From Raillietiella orientalis (taxonomy: Eukaryota), in contig JAYWIR010000008.1 in assembly GCA_036172245.1 (NCBI GenBank), positions 2,418,001 through 2,482,000 on the forward strand: a stretch of DNA of 64,000 bases, given 5' to 3'. Within the stretch, counting starts at the first letter, position 1. Every line of letters begins with the position of its first letter. The position numbers and the translations under genes are program-made. Below are positions 13,627 to 25,120 of this stretch, in pieces. The notes under the pieces are model-generated. The model was not told where the DNA came from. It ran no database searches and was given only the letters and a program-made list of their open reading frames with translations.

Positions 13627-15911
13627 CTCGTGGTGAGGGTCATCCGGAGTAGTTTTCCTTTGAGAATCATTTCTTTGCTGAAGGTTCAGAAGTGAACGGA
13701 ACATATGCTACAAGATTTATGGAAACACTTCCACAAAACTTTGCTGAATTTCCGGGAAACCGCAGAGTTCTCATAGGGCGTTCGCGCGCTCACTGATTAC
13801 GAACGTAGCATGCTCGTTTTAAAACGGAAGCAGAAAAACACACGAAAGCAGGGAGTTCCAGAACCATGAAAGATCCATACGGATGCTGATGGAATGGGCA
13901 TCGCATGAAACTGCTACTTAATAGCTGGATACACTATCTCAGAAGGAACGGAAAACCGATAATAGCAGCGAGTTATAAAACTCGTCCAACGCATGGGAGT
14001 TGAAGCCGTCAGCACGTGTGGTGGCCCTCCGTCCTGCATGTAAGCTGGGAGTCCATGCGCAGATAACGGGTCTGGGGGAGATCGTGCCCGTTCAGATGAG
14101 TCGTCATCATCCGAGTCATTCTCCGACAGATAGGCGGAGGTCGGAAGAGGGGAAGGGAGGGGGGGGAGGGGGAGGAAGGGAGATAAAGGGGAGGGGGAGG
14201 AGAGGAAATTATGTAGTTGGCATCAAGAGCTGCAGCCTTCAGAGGTTGATCAACGGAAAGAAACCGCGATTCATCACGCGTGTCATCGGAAATTGGAATT
14301 TTCCGTGGTTAATCTTCCCACTCTGATGAAACGCACGAACCCTTGATCGGATTCATGTTGTGTGAAGCGCCAACGGTGCGCGGCGCGCTGAAGACGTATC
14401 CCCCCCCCCCCAGCCTTCTCATGATCTGTTTTTTTTTTTCTTTTTCTTCTTCCCCTCCCCTTCTCATTTTCGACCCGCACGCCCCCGAATCGCATTTGCA
14501 TCTCATCTTCGCATGATCTTCGGACGCCGCGAGACCTGACGATTCCCGAGAGATGGTGGATCCCACTTTCCCGATGGGTTTGGTTCCCTTTCGTCGGCGA
14601 AGGGGGAGAGGAGGGGGGATACTCCCTCTGACGGTCCGCCGAAGGCTACGGAGGCTCTCCTCTCCGTCCCGCATCGCTCCCGGCGGCTCCTCGAACTTCT
14701 TGAATGCCTCGCACCGTCTGATGCCTAGTCGGTCCACCGAAAGACGGGGAGGATTTTTTGGGGGGGGGGGGGGGGGAGCAAACTGGGAGAAAAAAAAGAA
14801 GAGAAAACGAAAGCGAAGGAGAGGGGGAGGAAGAGAGAAAACAGCCTCCCGGAATCCGCGGCAGATGCTCTCTATGACAGGCTGCTGCCTCGCTAGAGGT
14901 ATCGGATAACTGGATGAGAAGACGCATCCACGGATGCACCACCTTGAGACGCGCCGCTCCCTCCCCCCCTTTCACCGCCAGGATGCATCGCTGAGACGGG
15001 CGAACGAGACGTCACGACCGCGCATTGGTGAGAGGAGGCGCCGGGCACAGGCGGGCTGAGGCACCGACACGCCCCTTCACCCCCACCCCCTCCAATCTCT
15101 AAACCGCCTGCCGCTGCTTGCTCGTGGAGAGAAGACGGAGAGGCGGCTGCAGTCCGGGCTGGGGGCAGCCAGAGGGGTCAGAGGTCGCGAACCTGGGCCC
15201 CGCCGGTACAGCGGTTTCCGCCGCCCTCCCGCCCGCTGCAGTCCCTGACGACCCTCCTCCGCGACCCGCGCGCGGGGAAGCGGGGGAGACACGGACCGCG
15301 GGCGTCTCCTTTGCCGCCTTCCTCGATGCCACTAAAGCGGCTGCCTCCGGCGCCGGCGGAAACCTTTCGCGCCGTCGCGGATGCAACGCGGGGATAGTGG
15401 AGGGAAGGGGGAGGCGCCCTGCACTTCCGCGCTCCTGAATCCCTCCTCTTTCTACTGCCACCGTCGCCTGCCGGCCTACCCCGAGTCTCCCCGCGCGCGC
15501 GCGTGCGAGGGTGGACGCGAGCGGCACTGCCGCCCTGCTAGTGATTCCGCCGCGCGCGAGCGTCATGGAAGCGCGCTGCCGCCGTTGGGCGTTAGAGGTC
15601 GCGCGGCCTGAGGCGGCGGAAGGGATGGGTGGGGAGGCCGCGTTTCCGTACCCGGAAGGACATGGGGAGATGCGACGCCCCGGGTCGAATTCGGAATGAT
15701 CGAATTCGAGAGGCGGAGAGGGCGCCAGGACCATGCGGCGCCTCCCCTCGCGATACGGCTCCGGCGAAAGCAGGCGGAGACGGCACCACCACCTTTCCGG
15801 TTCCCTCCTCCTCCTCCCCCACATCCCCCCCGGCTACCTCGCACCCACGCATCCCCGCGGGGAGAGGGAGGGCGGGTCTTTGGGAATCGGGGTGGGGTGG
15901 GGAGGTGGTAC

Positions 15912-16017
15912 CTGGCGTTCTGCGGGCCCACGCTGTTCGGCTCGTAGGAGGAGCTGGCGTGGATGTTCTCGTCCGGGATGTCTCGGCTCTCCATGCCCAG
16001 GGCGCGGTGGCAGCCGA
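15912..16017 (-). CDS. Ddr: Discoidin domain receptor (DDR) tyrosine kinase, exon encoding the start of the discoidin (F5/8 type C) domain
   Basis: Translates as GCHRALGMESRDIPDENIHASSSYEPNSVGPQNA(R), the typical DDR C-x-x-ALGMES-x-IPD-x-x-I-x-ASSS start. Acceptor ttttctctttccag| before 16017 and donor AG|gtacca after 15912. The phase-2 end matches the next exon. Confidence 0.92.
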
Positions 16018-19000
16018 CTGGAAAGAGAAAAGCAGAGGAAGCATCAGAGGCACGGAGGAGGGGGGGGGGGGGGGTTGCGCAGCGACGAACCGGAGGAAAA
16101 GGGGGAGGTGACTTCGGAGTCCAACGAATCGAAGCCGGAGGGACGGATGGGCTGCAAGCGCCTCTGGCAAGCCCCGCGAAGAGGAAGACGCGGGAGAGGG
16201 GCACTCTGCGTCCGAACGACTAGGGGAAGCACGGGGCCGGAAGAAGCCCCCAGAGAAGAGGGGTGAAAGGAAAGGACTCGATTCCCCCGCGGGGCGCCTG
16301 TGACCCCCGTGAAGGGGATCCCGGAGGGGTGCGCTGATCACCGGGAACGCGAAACGCAACGGCAGCAGCTGGAGGAAGAGGCGCGGAGGCTCCCTTCAAG
16401 GGGACTTCTTTGCCTCTGCCCCTCCCCTCCCAGGTGCCCCGGAAGCCGCTGTGCGTGGTTGGCGGCAGTCACTAGACGTTCGGAGACAGACAGCGCTTCT
16501 TCCTGGACCGCCTCGAAGATGCCGGAAACCGCCGGCATCGCTTCCGTTCCCTCTCTCTTTCCTTATCACCCTCCCTCCCCCCTCCTTCCTCGCCCCGCCC
16601 ACGGAAACTCGTGGGTCGAGGAGGGAGAAGAGAGCGAGCGCCGCTGCGGTGACGTCACGCGTACCGCGCGGACGACGGATCGCTGCCTGGCGTCCTCCTC
16701 CCGGCTTTACGTGGACACCCGCACGCGCGCGCCTCCGCTGCCTGTTTGTGTCCCTTTTTCTTCCCCCTTCCTTCATTTGGGGCGTCTTCTTTTTTCGTTC
16801 TTCCTCCTCCTTTCCTTTCCTTCCTTTCCTCTCCTTGCTCCTCCCTTCCTCCGGTTCCCCCTCCCCACTCTTCCTTCTCCGCTTCCGGTGGTGGCTCATG
16901 CGGGAGTTGCCGATTCTAGGACCCGCGGATCCGCATGGGAGCGCGGCGGAAGCAGGTGCGAGGGAACCTTCCTGGGATTCCCCTGACTGATCCCGTCGGG
17001 GGAGCGGAGGGAGGACGAGGGACTGGCGACCTCCAGGAGGCAGCGCCAACAAGGATGCGATCTCGCACGGCACCGTCTCTCGATAGACGGGGAGGAGGGG
17101 GGAGAGTCCTGCCACCCGAGCACGCTGGAGAGACGGCCCGGGAGGTGCCCTGGGCCGCGCCCACCAGATTGAGGATGTCTCCGAAGGACAGCATCCCAGA
17201 AGAAGCAGCTGTTCCTACTGGGAGGGGACTCTGGTCCGCTCGTTCCCCCGTCGCCTCGCCGTCCCCCTCCCCCAGCAGGACGCACCTGCCATGCACGGAG
17301 GGCTGAAGTGCGGAGAGGGAGAGGGAAGTGGGAGTGGGGCAGCTCCGGGCGATCGTTTCCTCGCCTCTCCCGCGCCCGAGCGCCGCCGGCGGCACCCGGG
17401 AGACGAGGGAGATGGAGGCCCTGCTCGCGCGACTTTCCGGTGCTGCCGACGGGGCCGCGCGCGCTCCCCCTTGGGAGAGCAGCAGCAGGGAGGGAGCAGG
17501 AAGGCGCAGGTGGAGAAGGAAGCAGCCCGGTCGCACGACGGTTCCTCCCCTGCCCCAAGATCCTGGGGGGCCGATCTGAATCCTCCGTCCGCTCCCCAGC
17601 ACAGGACAATCTGGCTGGAAGGGGCGAGGGAGGGGAGACTGCCGGCAGAGAGGAGAGAGAGCACGCGGATCGTCTCGGGGCGCGAGCGCTGAGCTCCGCC
17701 CGTCTGCACGGTTATGCCGCCGTCGATCTGGGAGGGAAGGAGAGATCGCCTTACAGGGCGAGTCAGTCTCCCCCGCAGGAGGGGAAAGATGGCGTTTGCG
17801 CGGCGGTATGGCAACGTCGGAGGTGCAGCTTCTGAGGAGCAGGGCAAGGGAGAAGAAAAGAGGGAAGAGAGGAGGGTACTCGTCTGGAAACCAGCGCTAC
17901 CCCTAGGAAGCCGCCAGGAAGCCCCCCGCGCAACGCGAGGAAACTGGCAGCTGCCGGAACGAGCTGTCTCTTCCGAAAACCCGGAGGCATCCAAACGACC
18001 ACATAGCTCCCGAGGGCCGTTGGCGACTGCTGCCGCTGCAGGGGCTAAGGGCACGCCTTTCCCGATGTCGCCGAAACGAAGGCTGCAGCGCTCCCCGTCA
18101 AGTCTTTCGGGAGGGCGCGCACAGGATCTGTTCGTCTCACGCGTCCTTTCGGGAATGCCGGAAAAAAGGAGTCCGCGGGGAAGCTCCCCACCGGGTCGGA
18201 GTGCACGCCCACTCTGGGGGCTTATGGGTCTTGAGGGAACCGTCGCCGAACGGGGGCCGGCCTTAATCCTGGCACTTCAACGGTGCGAGCAGCAGTTCGC
18301 GAAAAGGCCTCGAGCCCGGCAGGGTTTTCTGGGAACTCCGGGGCGACCGCGCAGGGGCAGCAACCCTGTTCGGCGTGCTCCGCCCACGCGAGCACGCCGA
18401 ACAGGCCAAGGTTCACCACCCACCCAGCGCCTCATCCACTCCTCCACCCGGTTCTGGCCCGCGTGGCACGGAGCCGGAGCCAAATCGTCTCCCTGCACCT
18501 CCATGGGCAGCAGTTCCCCCGCAGGAATGGACTCTTCGCAGCTCCCTCCCTCCACGTCCTTCCGTCCACTTGACGGCGAATCTCGCGGCGTCTTCCAGCT
18601 ATCCCGTTTCAGCACGGATTGCTGGCCTGACAGATGCTCCGGTCTCCGGGAGACGCAGGCTGTGCTCCTCCGCGATCCTGACAGGAAACCCGATCCGCAT
18701 CCTAAGTGCCGGCAATCAGTTATCCTTCCCGTGGCAACGGCGGGACTCGAATAATCGCTTGCGTCCCCGCCCGTTGACGTTTCCTCGTTCGCGAGCCATG
18801 CACCCCCAGGGAGAGAAAGCTGACGCCGTTTCTTGGGTACCCTCGATCAACGGGGCGTGACCCCATACCGGCCTAGTCTCAAGGATCGTTACCTGCTATC
18901 ACACGCCAGCAGATCCGTGGGGGAGTAGGGGGGTAACTGGACCTCGGTTGCGAACGGGCCCGCGCCCAGCTTCCGCCTAGACCCTTCAGGGAAGTCACCA

Positions 19001-22000
19001 TACTCGATTGTTAGGCAGCGCTGTAGGGCCTGAGGGCGAGGAGTTTGCACGCTGGCTGGCGGCAAGGAGCAGCCACTGGGGCGCGCTCGCGAGAACAGGA
19101 TGGGGCGGGGAGCCTCTCTTGCCGCCAGAAAAAGGGGCGGCCGAGAGAATCCCACCCCCTCAGTGCGAAGCAGTGGCTATACGACGAAATCCATCCGATT
19201 CTGCATCGTATCGGTTGCCGCGCAACCCCCGCTCCCCCCAGATGAATGTCTGCGAAGCAGAGCGCACGACGGAACGAAACATTTTACTGGGATCCTTCAT
19301 TCGCCAGAGACATTTACAACGCCTCCTGGAGAATCACTCCGAGTTACCGCCGGTTCCACGTGCTCGGGCTATATTTAGGTTCTCGCTAACAATGGTTGCG
19401 CACGGCTCTCCCAAAGCTTCCCGGCAGCCTGGGCGTCCGCGCTCCGCAGCGCTGGATTCGCCCGAGGAGTTCGATAAGCTAAGATTAAACGGCGGAATGC
19501 GCATGAGGTCGCTGAGGTCCGAGAGAGGAGGCCTCAGAAGGTCGTGCGAACGAAGGGGAAAAAAGGTATCGCGCAAGCACCTTGCGCCGTTGCTCGGAGG
19601 TACCTGGAAAAGGAACAGTTCCTAGAGAAGCTCCCGAGCTTCCTGTACCGGGAAGCGGAAACTGGACAGAAAGGGGTGGGAAAAAGGAAGAACCTCAGCA
19701 CCCCTTCGAGTAGCTACTGAAGAGGGTCTGCAGCCACGAATGTCCTTCTCGACCTCACTCTTGAGAGAGTTGTCCGTTAAAGGAAATGGTTCCTCGTCGC
19801 GCAGTCCTTTATGTCATCTACCTTCTGGTATCCCTGGGGAATATCTCAACTACCCACCAGCGACCACATTCCCTGCAGTCGACTTCGCTCAACCGTAGTG
19901 GTTCGGACCAGTCTTCTGCCTTCCTGCCGGCATCGAAGTTCCGCCAGCTCTGATGGAAACAGAACTCGAGGGTGGCTACCCGAGTGTCAGCCTCAGTTAC
20001 TTCCACCAAGTGATAAAATCTCCCAGGGGGAAAGGGCCGACAGTGGTTGCGCACGGCTCTCCCAAAGCGCGGCAATGGGAGCTGGTTCGGCGAAGAAGAC
20101 ATCTTGAAACTTTTGTTGGTGTCCGAAGCGCTTTCAGGTCGTCAAGCGGTGGTCCTCAGAAGTTAGTCTCGTTCTTCCACTCGGAAAGGAGGTGCGCATC
20201 TTCTCCGCCCTCTTTCCTCTCGACGTCCCGTGTCCACTTCGCCCCGTGCTACGCGTGCCTCTCCGTCGCATCCAGGATGCGCTGCTTTCCTTCCGAGCGG
20301 CAGTCGACTCGGCCGGGACTCCCGATAAAAACGAAAAGGCCATGCGCCACCGGAAAACAACTGATCTCTCTTTCCATAGAGAGGAAGAGAGCCGGTGGCC
20401 AACAAGGTGACCCCTCGCCTCACGCTGGCAGAGAGACTTTCGATTGAATAAGTCAAAAGAGCGAACGAGTGAGAGGGAGGGGAGTTCCGGAATTGATGAG
20501 CTATCTGGAGGGTGCCAGGGGAAATCAGGAGCCCGGCGTGATCCTGGGACGTCTTGCTCACAGATGAGACCTAACTCCATTTCCCCCCTTCCCTCCTCCT
20601 GCTCTTTCAATTCTTCCGGATCCATCGACGATTTCGGGTTTTCCTTGAATAACAGGTTTTTCTGGAAGCACCCGAAAACGTCCGGGCTCTCCAAGACAAC
20701 GTCGCTGCCATACTCAGCAAGGGATTCCAGAAATAGGAATCACGGGAAGGAGGGAAGCGAGGATGACTCTGTCGGATGGCGCAGGAATGCCTTCGTGTTG
20801 TTGCTGCTCTCGTTTTCGCAAGGAGGCGGCGCTCGTAGCTGGGCAGGCGTGCGTTAGGGTGGTCCGCTACCCCTTAGTGAATTGGGGAAGCACGTGGGCA
20901 GGCGTTCCTATGCTGCTGCTGCTTCTCGCCGTTCGCAGCACCCGCCATCTCTCGCCGTCAAACGCAACAATGCCTCCCGGCCCCGTGCATTGTTGCTGCT
21001 CGCCGGCCGGTGGAAGATGCACTCGGGTGCCGGCCCGCCGGAGCCGCGCGCGCCCGGGAGCTGCCTGCTGCTGCGAGGTGCACGGCGCGCAGGATTTGCG
21101 TGAACTGACGAATACCAGCTTCCTTTCCAAGCACGTGGCGTGCAGCTCCGTTCCTCAACCTGCTGAAGATGCGAAAAACGCTGCTGCATCCAGGAAGACG
21201 CGCGAGGATGGCGTCGAAATCCAGACAAGGAATCGTCTTCATCCACCTCCCTTCTACTCGCGCCATGCATCCTCGCCCCCCCCCTCCATCCTTGGAGCAG
21301 GATCTGCCCGAAGGAACGGATCACTCTCGCCCGGGTCACCATGGTAACGACTGGTTTCCGATTTCCAAGGCGCTTCCCTCTGCACTCCCCGAAGGGTAAT
21401 TCGAACGCGCGAAAAACGTGCACTGGGGTTCCTTCCGACAGCACCCCCAGAGTTGCCCTCGGATCGCGAGGGCGCGCGCGCGCAACTTTTCTTCACCGAG
21501 AGCAGCAGAAGGAAGGCGAGACTGAGAAGCGGCCTCCCCCCACCTGCTGCGTGGACACGCATTCACCGGGAGCGTCCCCACTGCCACCGCCTCCACCTGC
21601 GAATGCGGCAGGTGCTTTGGCCGGTCCAGGAAACGGAAAAGGCAGGACGGGAAAGAGAAAAAAAAATCGACCGCTGTGGGCGCTGCTCCATTGCCGAGCG
21701 GAACGCCGGACAAAAGGGAGGGGGGGGGGGGCTGCTGCTGCCGGCTGCTAGACGGTGCCTCCAGCGCCGCCGTTGCTGCGGGAATAGCCGCCGCACGCGC
21801 GGCTGCCGTCGCCTCGGAGAGAACGGAGGGAGCGGAAATGAGAGGCGGGAGGGGGGGAAAAGGGCGCGGCATCCGACTCGGAGAACGCGCCTTTAGCGGC
21901 GCAGGTGGGCGGACCGCCGCCGGAGAAACTCGCGCGCTTCCTACCTCCGCCTTGCTCTGCAGGCGGAAGTGGCAGACGCGAGAGGGAAAAGGGTGCCCTT

Positions 22001-23853
22001 CTCTTCCGGGATCCCCTGGCTTGGACAGTGCACGCTGGGGGCGAGGGGATCCGTGGGCGCTCCTCGAGGGAGTCGTCGAGTCCGGGAAGCAGTCCCCGAG
22101 GAGCGCAGAGCGATTCCTGGAAAGACTCCTGCGTCCACGCGCGCGCGCTCGCGTGGATGCCGCGCGAGCGCACATGTCCTTTCCTCGCGATGTCCTTTCG
22201 TGTCCTTTCCTCCCTGGAAGAGTCGCATGGAGACAGCCAGTCTCCCAAAGACCGACAGCAGCACGCCGAGAACGAGGCGATGGACGGCCACTCGCAAGGC
22301 GCGCGAACGGGGAGGGGGGGGGTGAAAGGGCAGGAGGTCTGCAAGAACGGAACGAGCGACGACTTACCAACGTCCAGTCCACAGGTACGAACCGCATTCC
22401 TGAAGACCAGGAGCAGGGTCAGTGTGGTGGCGATCAGGGGGGGTCCCATCCGTAGAGAGCGGATCGAGGAGGAAGAGCGAACTTCAAACCACCACAACTG
22501 ATCCCCGGAGAACCGCCGCCATCCGAAAGTAGGCGACCGTAGACAGCAAGAGACTTCCAGGCGTGGATCACACACAGGGAGAGGAAAAGGGGAGGTGGGG
22601 GGGGGGAGAAAAAGAGGGAGAACTGAATGTGTAGGCGGAGGGGATCCGGGAGGTTTCTTGAGGAGTCGCTCCTGGGCCTACGTGATCAGACTGGACGCCA
22701 TCTGCAAATACAGGAGACGGACGGTTAAATGAATCGCAGGTCCAGCTGCAGACGCCCTTTCCCCACTCCACCCCGCAGACCCTCACACATGAAAGAATCG
22801 GAAACGCTGTGAATTGGCTCCCGACGCACGTGAGCTTTTTCCTACCTGCAGCTCCCTGGAAAGCGGAGACCCCCCCCCCGAGTGGTTTGCTCTTTTCCCA
22901 AACATCCGCCTCCTCGGGAGGAAACTACTCCGGGATGACCCTTTCACATGCCACCTTCCCGACGAAAGGGAAGGATGAGAAATTCCCTTGCCCCCTCTTT
23001 TCCTTCCGTGTTCCCCCCCCCTTTCCCTCCTGGCCGTCTTGCACCCTCACGCGTCCGGGAATTCGTGTAGCCAAGGAAGAATTCGGCCTAGCGCGGAAAG
23101 ACGATCGCTGCTCCCCCCCCCCCCCCCCATGCTCACAGCCAGCTGAACAACTCCCTGCTCACTAAGAGCCGCCTTTGGGAGTCGCAAGAGAAGGCAGAAG
23201 GGAGGCACTCCCCTGGGGGACGTTCCATCGGGAAACGGCGACTCTGTAGGGGAAAACCCGGCGCTGCTTGCACACAAAGCAGGGAGGAAGATGGAAGGGA
23301 AGGGAAGGAGGGGAGGAGCAGAAAGGGGCTCGTCACGCACGGGAACCTGCCTCCGTCGCCCGTTGGCTGCCCCATCCACCCCACGGGAGCAGCCTCCGCG
23401 GGGTAGGAATATGGAGTGATGGATGAAACACCCGCGGGCAGATGAACGGGCGGCACGAGAGGCAATCAGACGCAATTCGACTGGCCGTCCGTAAGCAATC
23501 CGGGTGAGTGATCCCTCTGGTGCTGCAAGGAAGACCAGAAGGCCAATGGCACCAACGGCTCCACCGGGAGAAAAAAGGCCACACAGTGTCTGCACGCACT
23601 AGATGCTTCGGGATCCCCAGCACAGTGAATCCCTCCGGTTCTGAAACAGACGCTCGACGTCAACGCCGGAGAGCGATTGCTTTCAGGGCCAACAAACCGC
23701 CGGTTCCGGGTCTCATCTGCTTTTCCCTCTTCGTTCTTCGCGGCAGCTCCCCGCATCGCAAACGACACAGTTTCCTCGCGCACCGCCGTTAAACGAAAGA
23801 ACGCACGCACTTTGGCCGCGCTTCTAACTGCGCTCACGAACCGGTTGATTTAC

Positions 23854-24113
23854 CGAGCCGTGTGCAATCATTGTCGGACGGATGTCTCATTGTTAGTGCG
23901 GACGCTTCGGTTGCCAAGGAACGCCGAACGAGCCGTGTGCAATCATTGTCGGACAGATGTCTCATTGTTAGCGCGGACGCTTCGGTCGCCAAGGAATGCC
24001 GAACGAGCCGTGTGCAATCATTGTCGGACGGATGTCTCATTGTTAGCGCGGACGCTTCGGTTGCCAAGGAACGCCGAACGAGCCGTGTGCAATCACTGTC
24101 GGACGGATGTCTC
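23854..24113. repeat. 75-bp tandem repeat, about 3.5 copies
   Basis: Unit cgagccgtgtgcaatcattgtcggacggatgtctcattgttagcgcggacgcttcggttgccaaggaacgccgaa starts at 23854, 23929, 24004 and 24079, with only a few substitutions. Confidence 0.97.
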
Positions 24114-24649
24114 GGAAAAGAGCGGATGCTCCCGGTGGCGATCACAGAAAGCACGTTGCTGCTTTCTAGGCAAACGCTTCACGACACAGCACCAGCGAAC
24201 CAGGAACTGGAAACGAAGCACTTAGTGCAAAGGCAGCTGGCACGGTAGCCTGCACGCGTACATGCAACGGGGACGTGAATGGCATTATCGATCCTCAGGA
24301 TCATTTTCCCGTTCCCACCTTTGTTCGAACGATGCAATGCGTAGAAAACACAAAGGCATAAAAAGCAAATGGATTTCAGTGAAGCGTCGGAATTGAAATT
24401 CCGCGACACTCATTTCTCAGACTCCCTGCACAACTTCACTCTCGAGGTTTAGCGACCAGCGCTTTTGCATAAAATAGCAAGCTTTCCACCTCCATGAATT
24501 TCAAAGCGGACAGATAAATGTCGATGGTGCCTCTCGATGAATGTCAACAGTCTTTACGGGTTCCAGCAGATACCGATAGACAAATGCACGCTTGTGAGAA
24601 ACGTTGTACAAGTGCTACGAAAATCCCGGAAAGTTGCTGGTTACTACGG

Positions 24650-24886
24650 GATTTAGATAGGTGCTAATAAGTGCTGAGCTCTTCGGATAAACGCCGATAA
24701 GTACTGCCGGCTGGAGGCAAACTTTGAGCGAACATCAGCTTCAGAAAAATGCCGGCGAGTACCAATGATACCAGAAAATTGCAGATCAGTGCTTCGGGAT
24801 TTAAATGAGTTGCTGATAAGTGCTGTAAACTTCGGGAGACTGTCGATAAGTACCAAAAAGTATAGATAAGCACCGATAAGTACTGT
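24650..24886. repeat. Decayed repeat / cluster of GATAAG(T/C)RC motifs
   Basis: gataagtact, gataagtgct, gataagtacc, gataagcacc and related motifs recur at ~24666, 24696, 24815, 24846, 24865 and 24875 in an AT-richer patch. Confidence 0.55.
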
Positions 24887-24949
24887 TGGCTCGAGGGGAA
24901 TACAACAGCGATCCACTATCTTGCGTGCCTCCGTCGCCAAGCGGGTCGC

Positions 24950-25120
24950 TCCCCGACGATCGTCATGTGTCACCCCACGGGGAACACGAAAACCCGTGGA
25001 GGTGTTGGAGCCATCGGAAAACGAGTGGCTCCGTTCGTTGGAGGCGATCCGGGTGCCGAGAGAGAGGCACAGGCGGAGTCACCGGACTCACTCACAGACC
25101 CTCCAGAGGCTCGGAGGTCC
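24950..25120 (+). mobile_element. Degenerate restriction-like endonuclease (RLE) fragment of an R2-superfamily non-LTR retrotransposon
   Basis: With two 1-nt frameshifts it reads PD-IVMCHPTGNTKT-VEVLEPSENEWLRSLEAIR...SQTLQRLG, resembling the RLE pattern PD(I/L)V-x~10-(D/E)V-x-x-P-x-EN. Confidence 0.35.

Noticed and set aside
23854..24113. CRISPR-like array
   Set aside because: Units are contiguous and near-identical with no unique spacers, there are no cas genes, and the context is eukaryotic.
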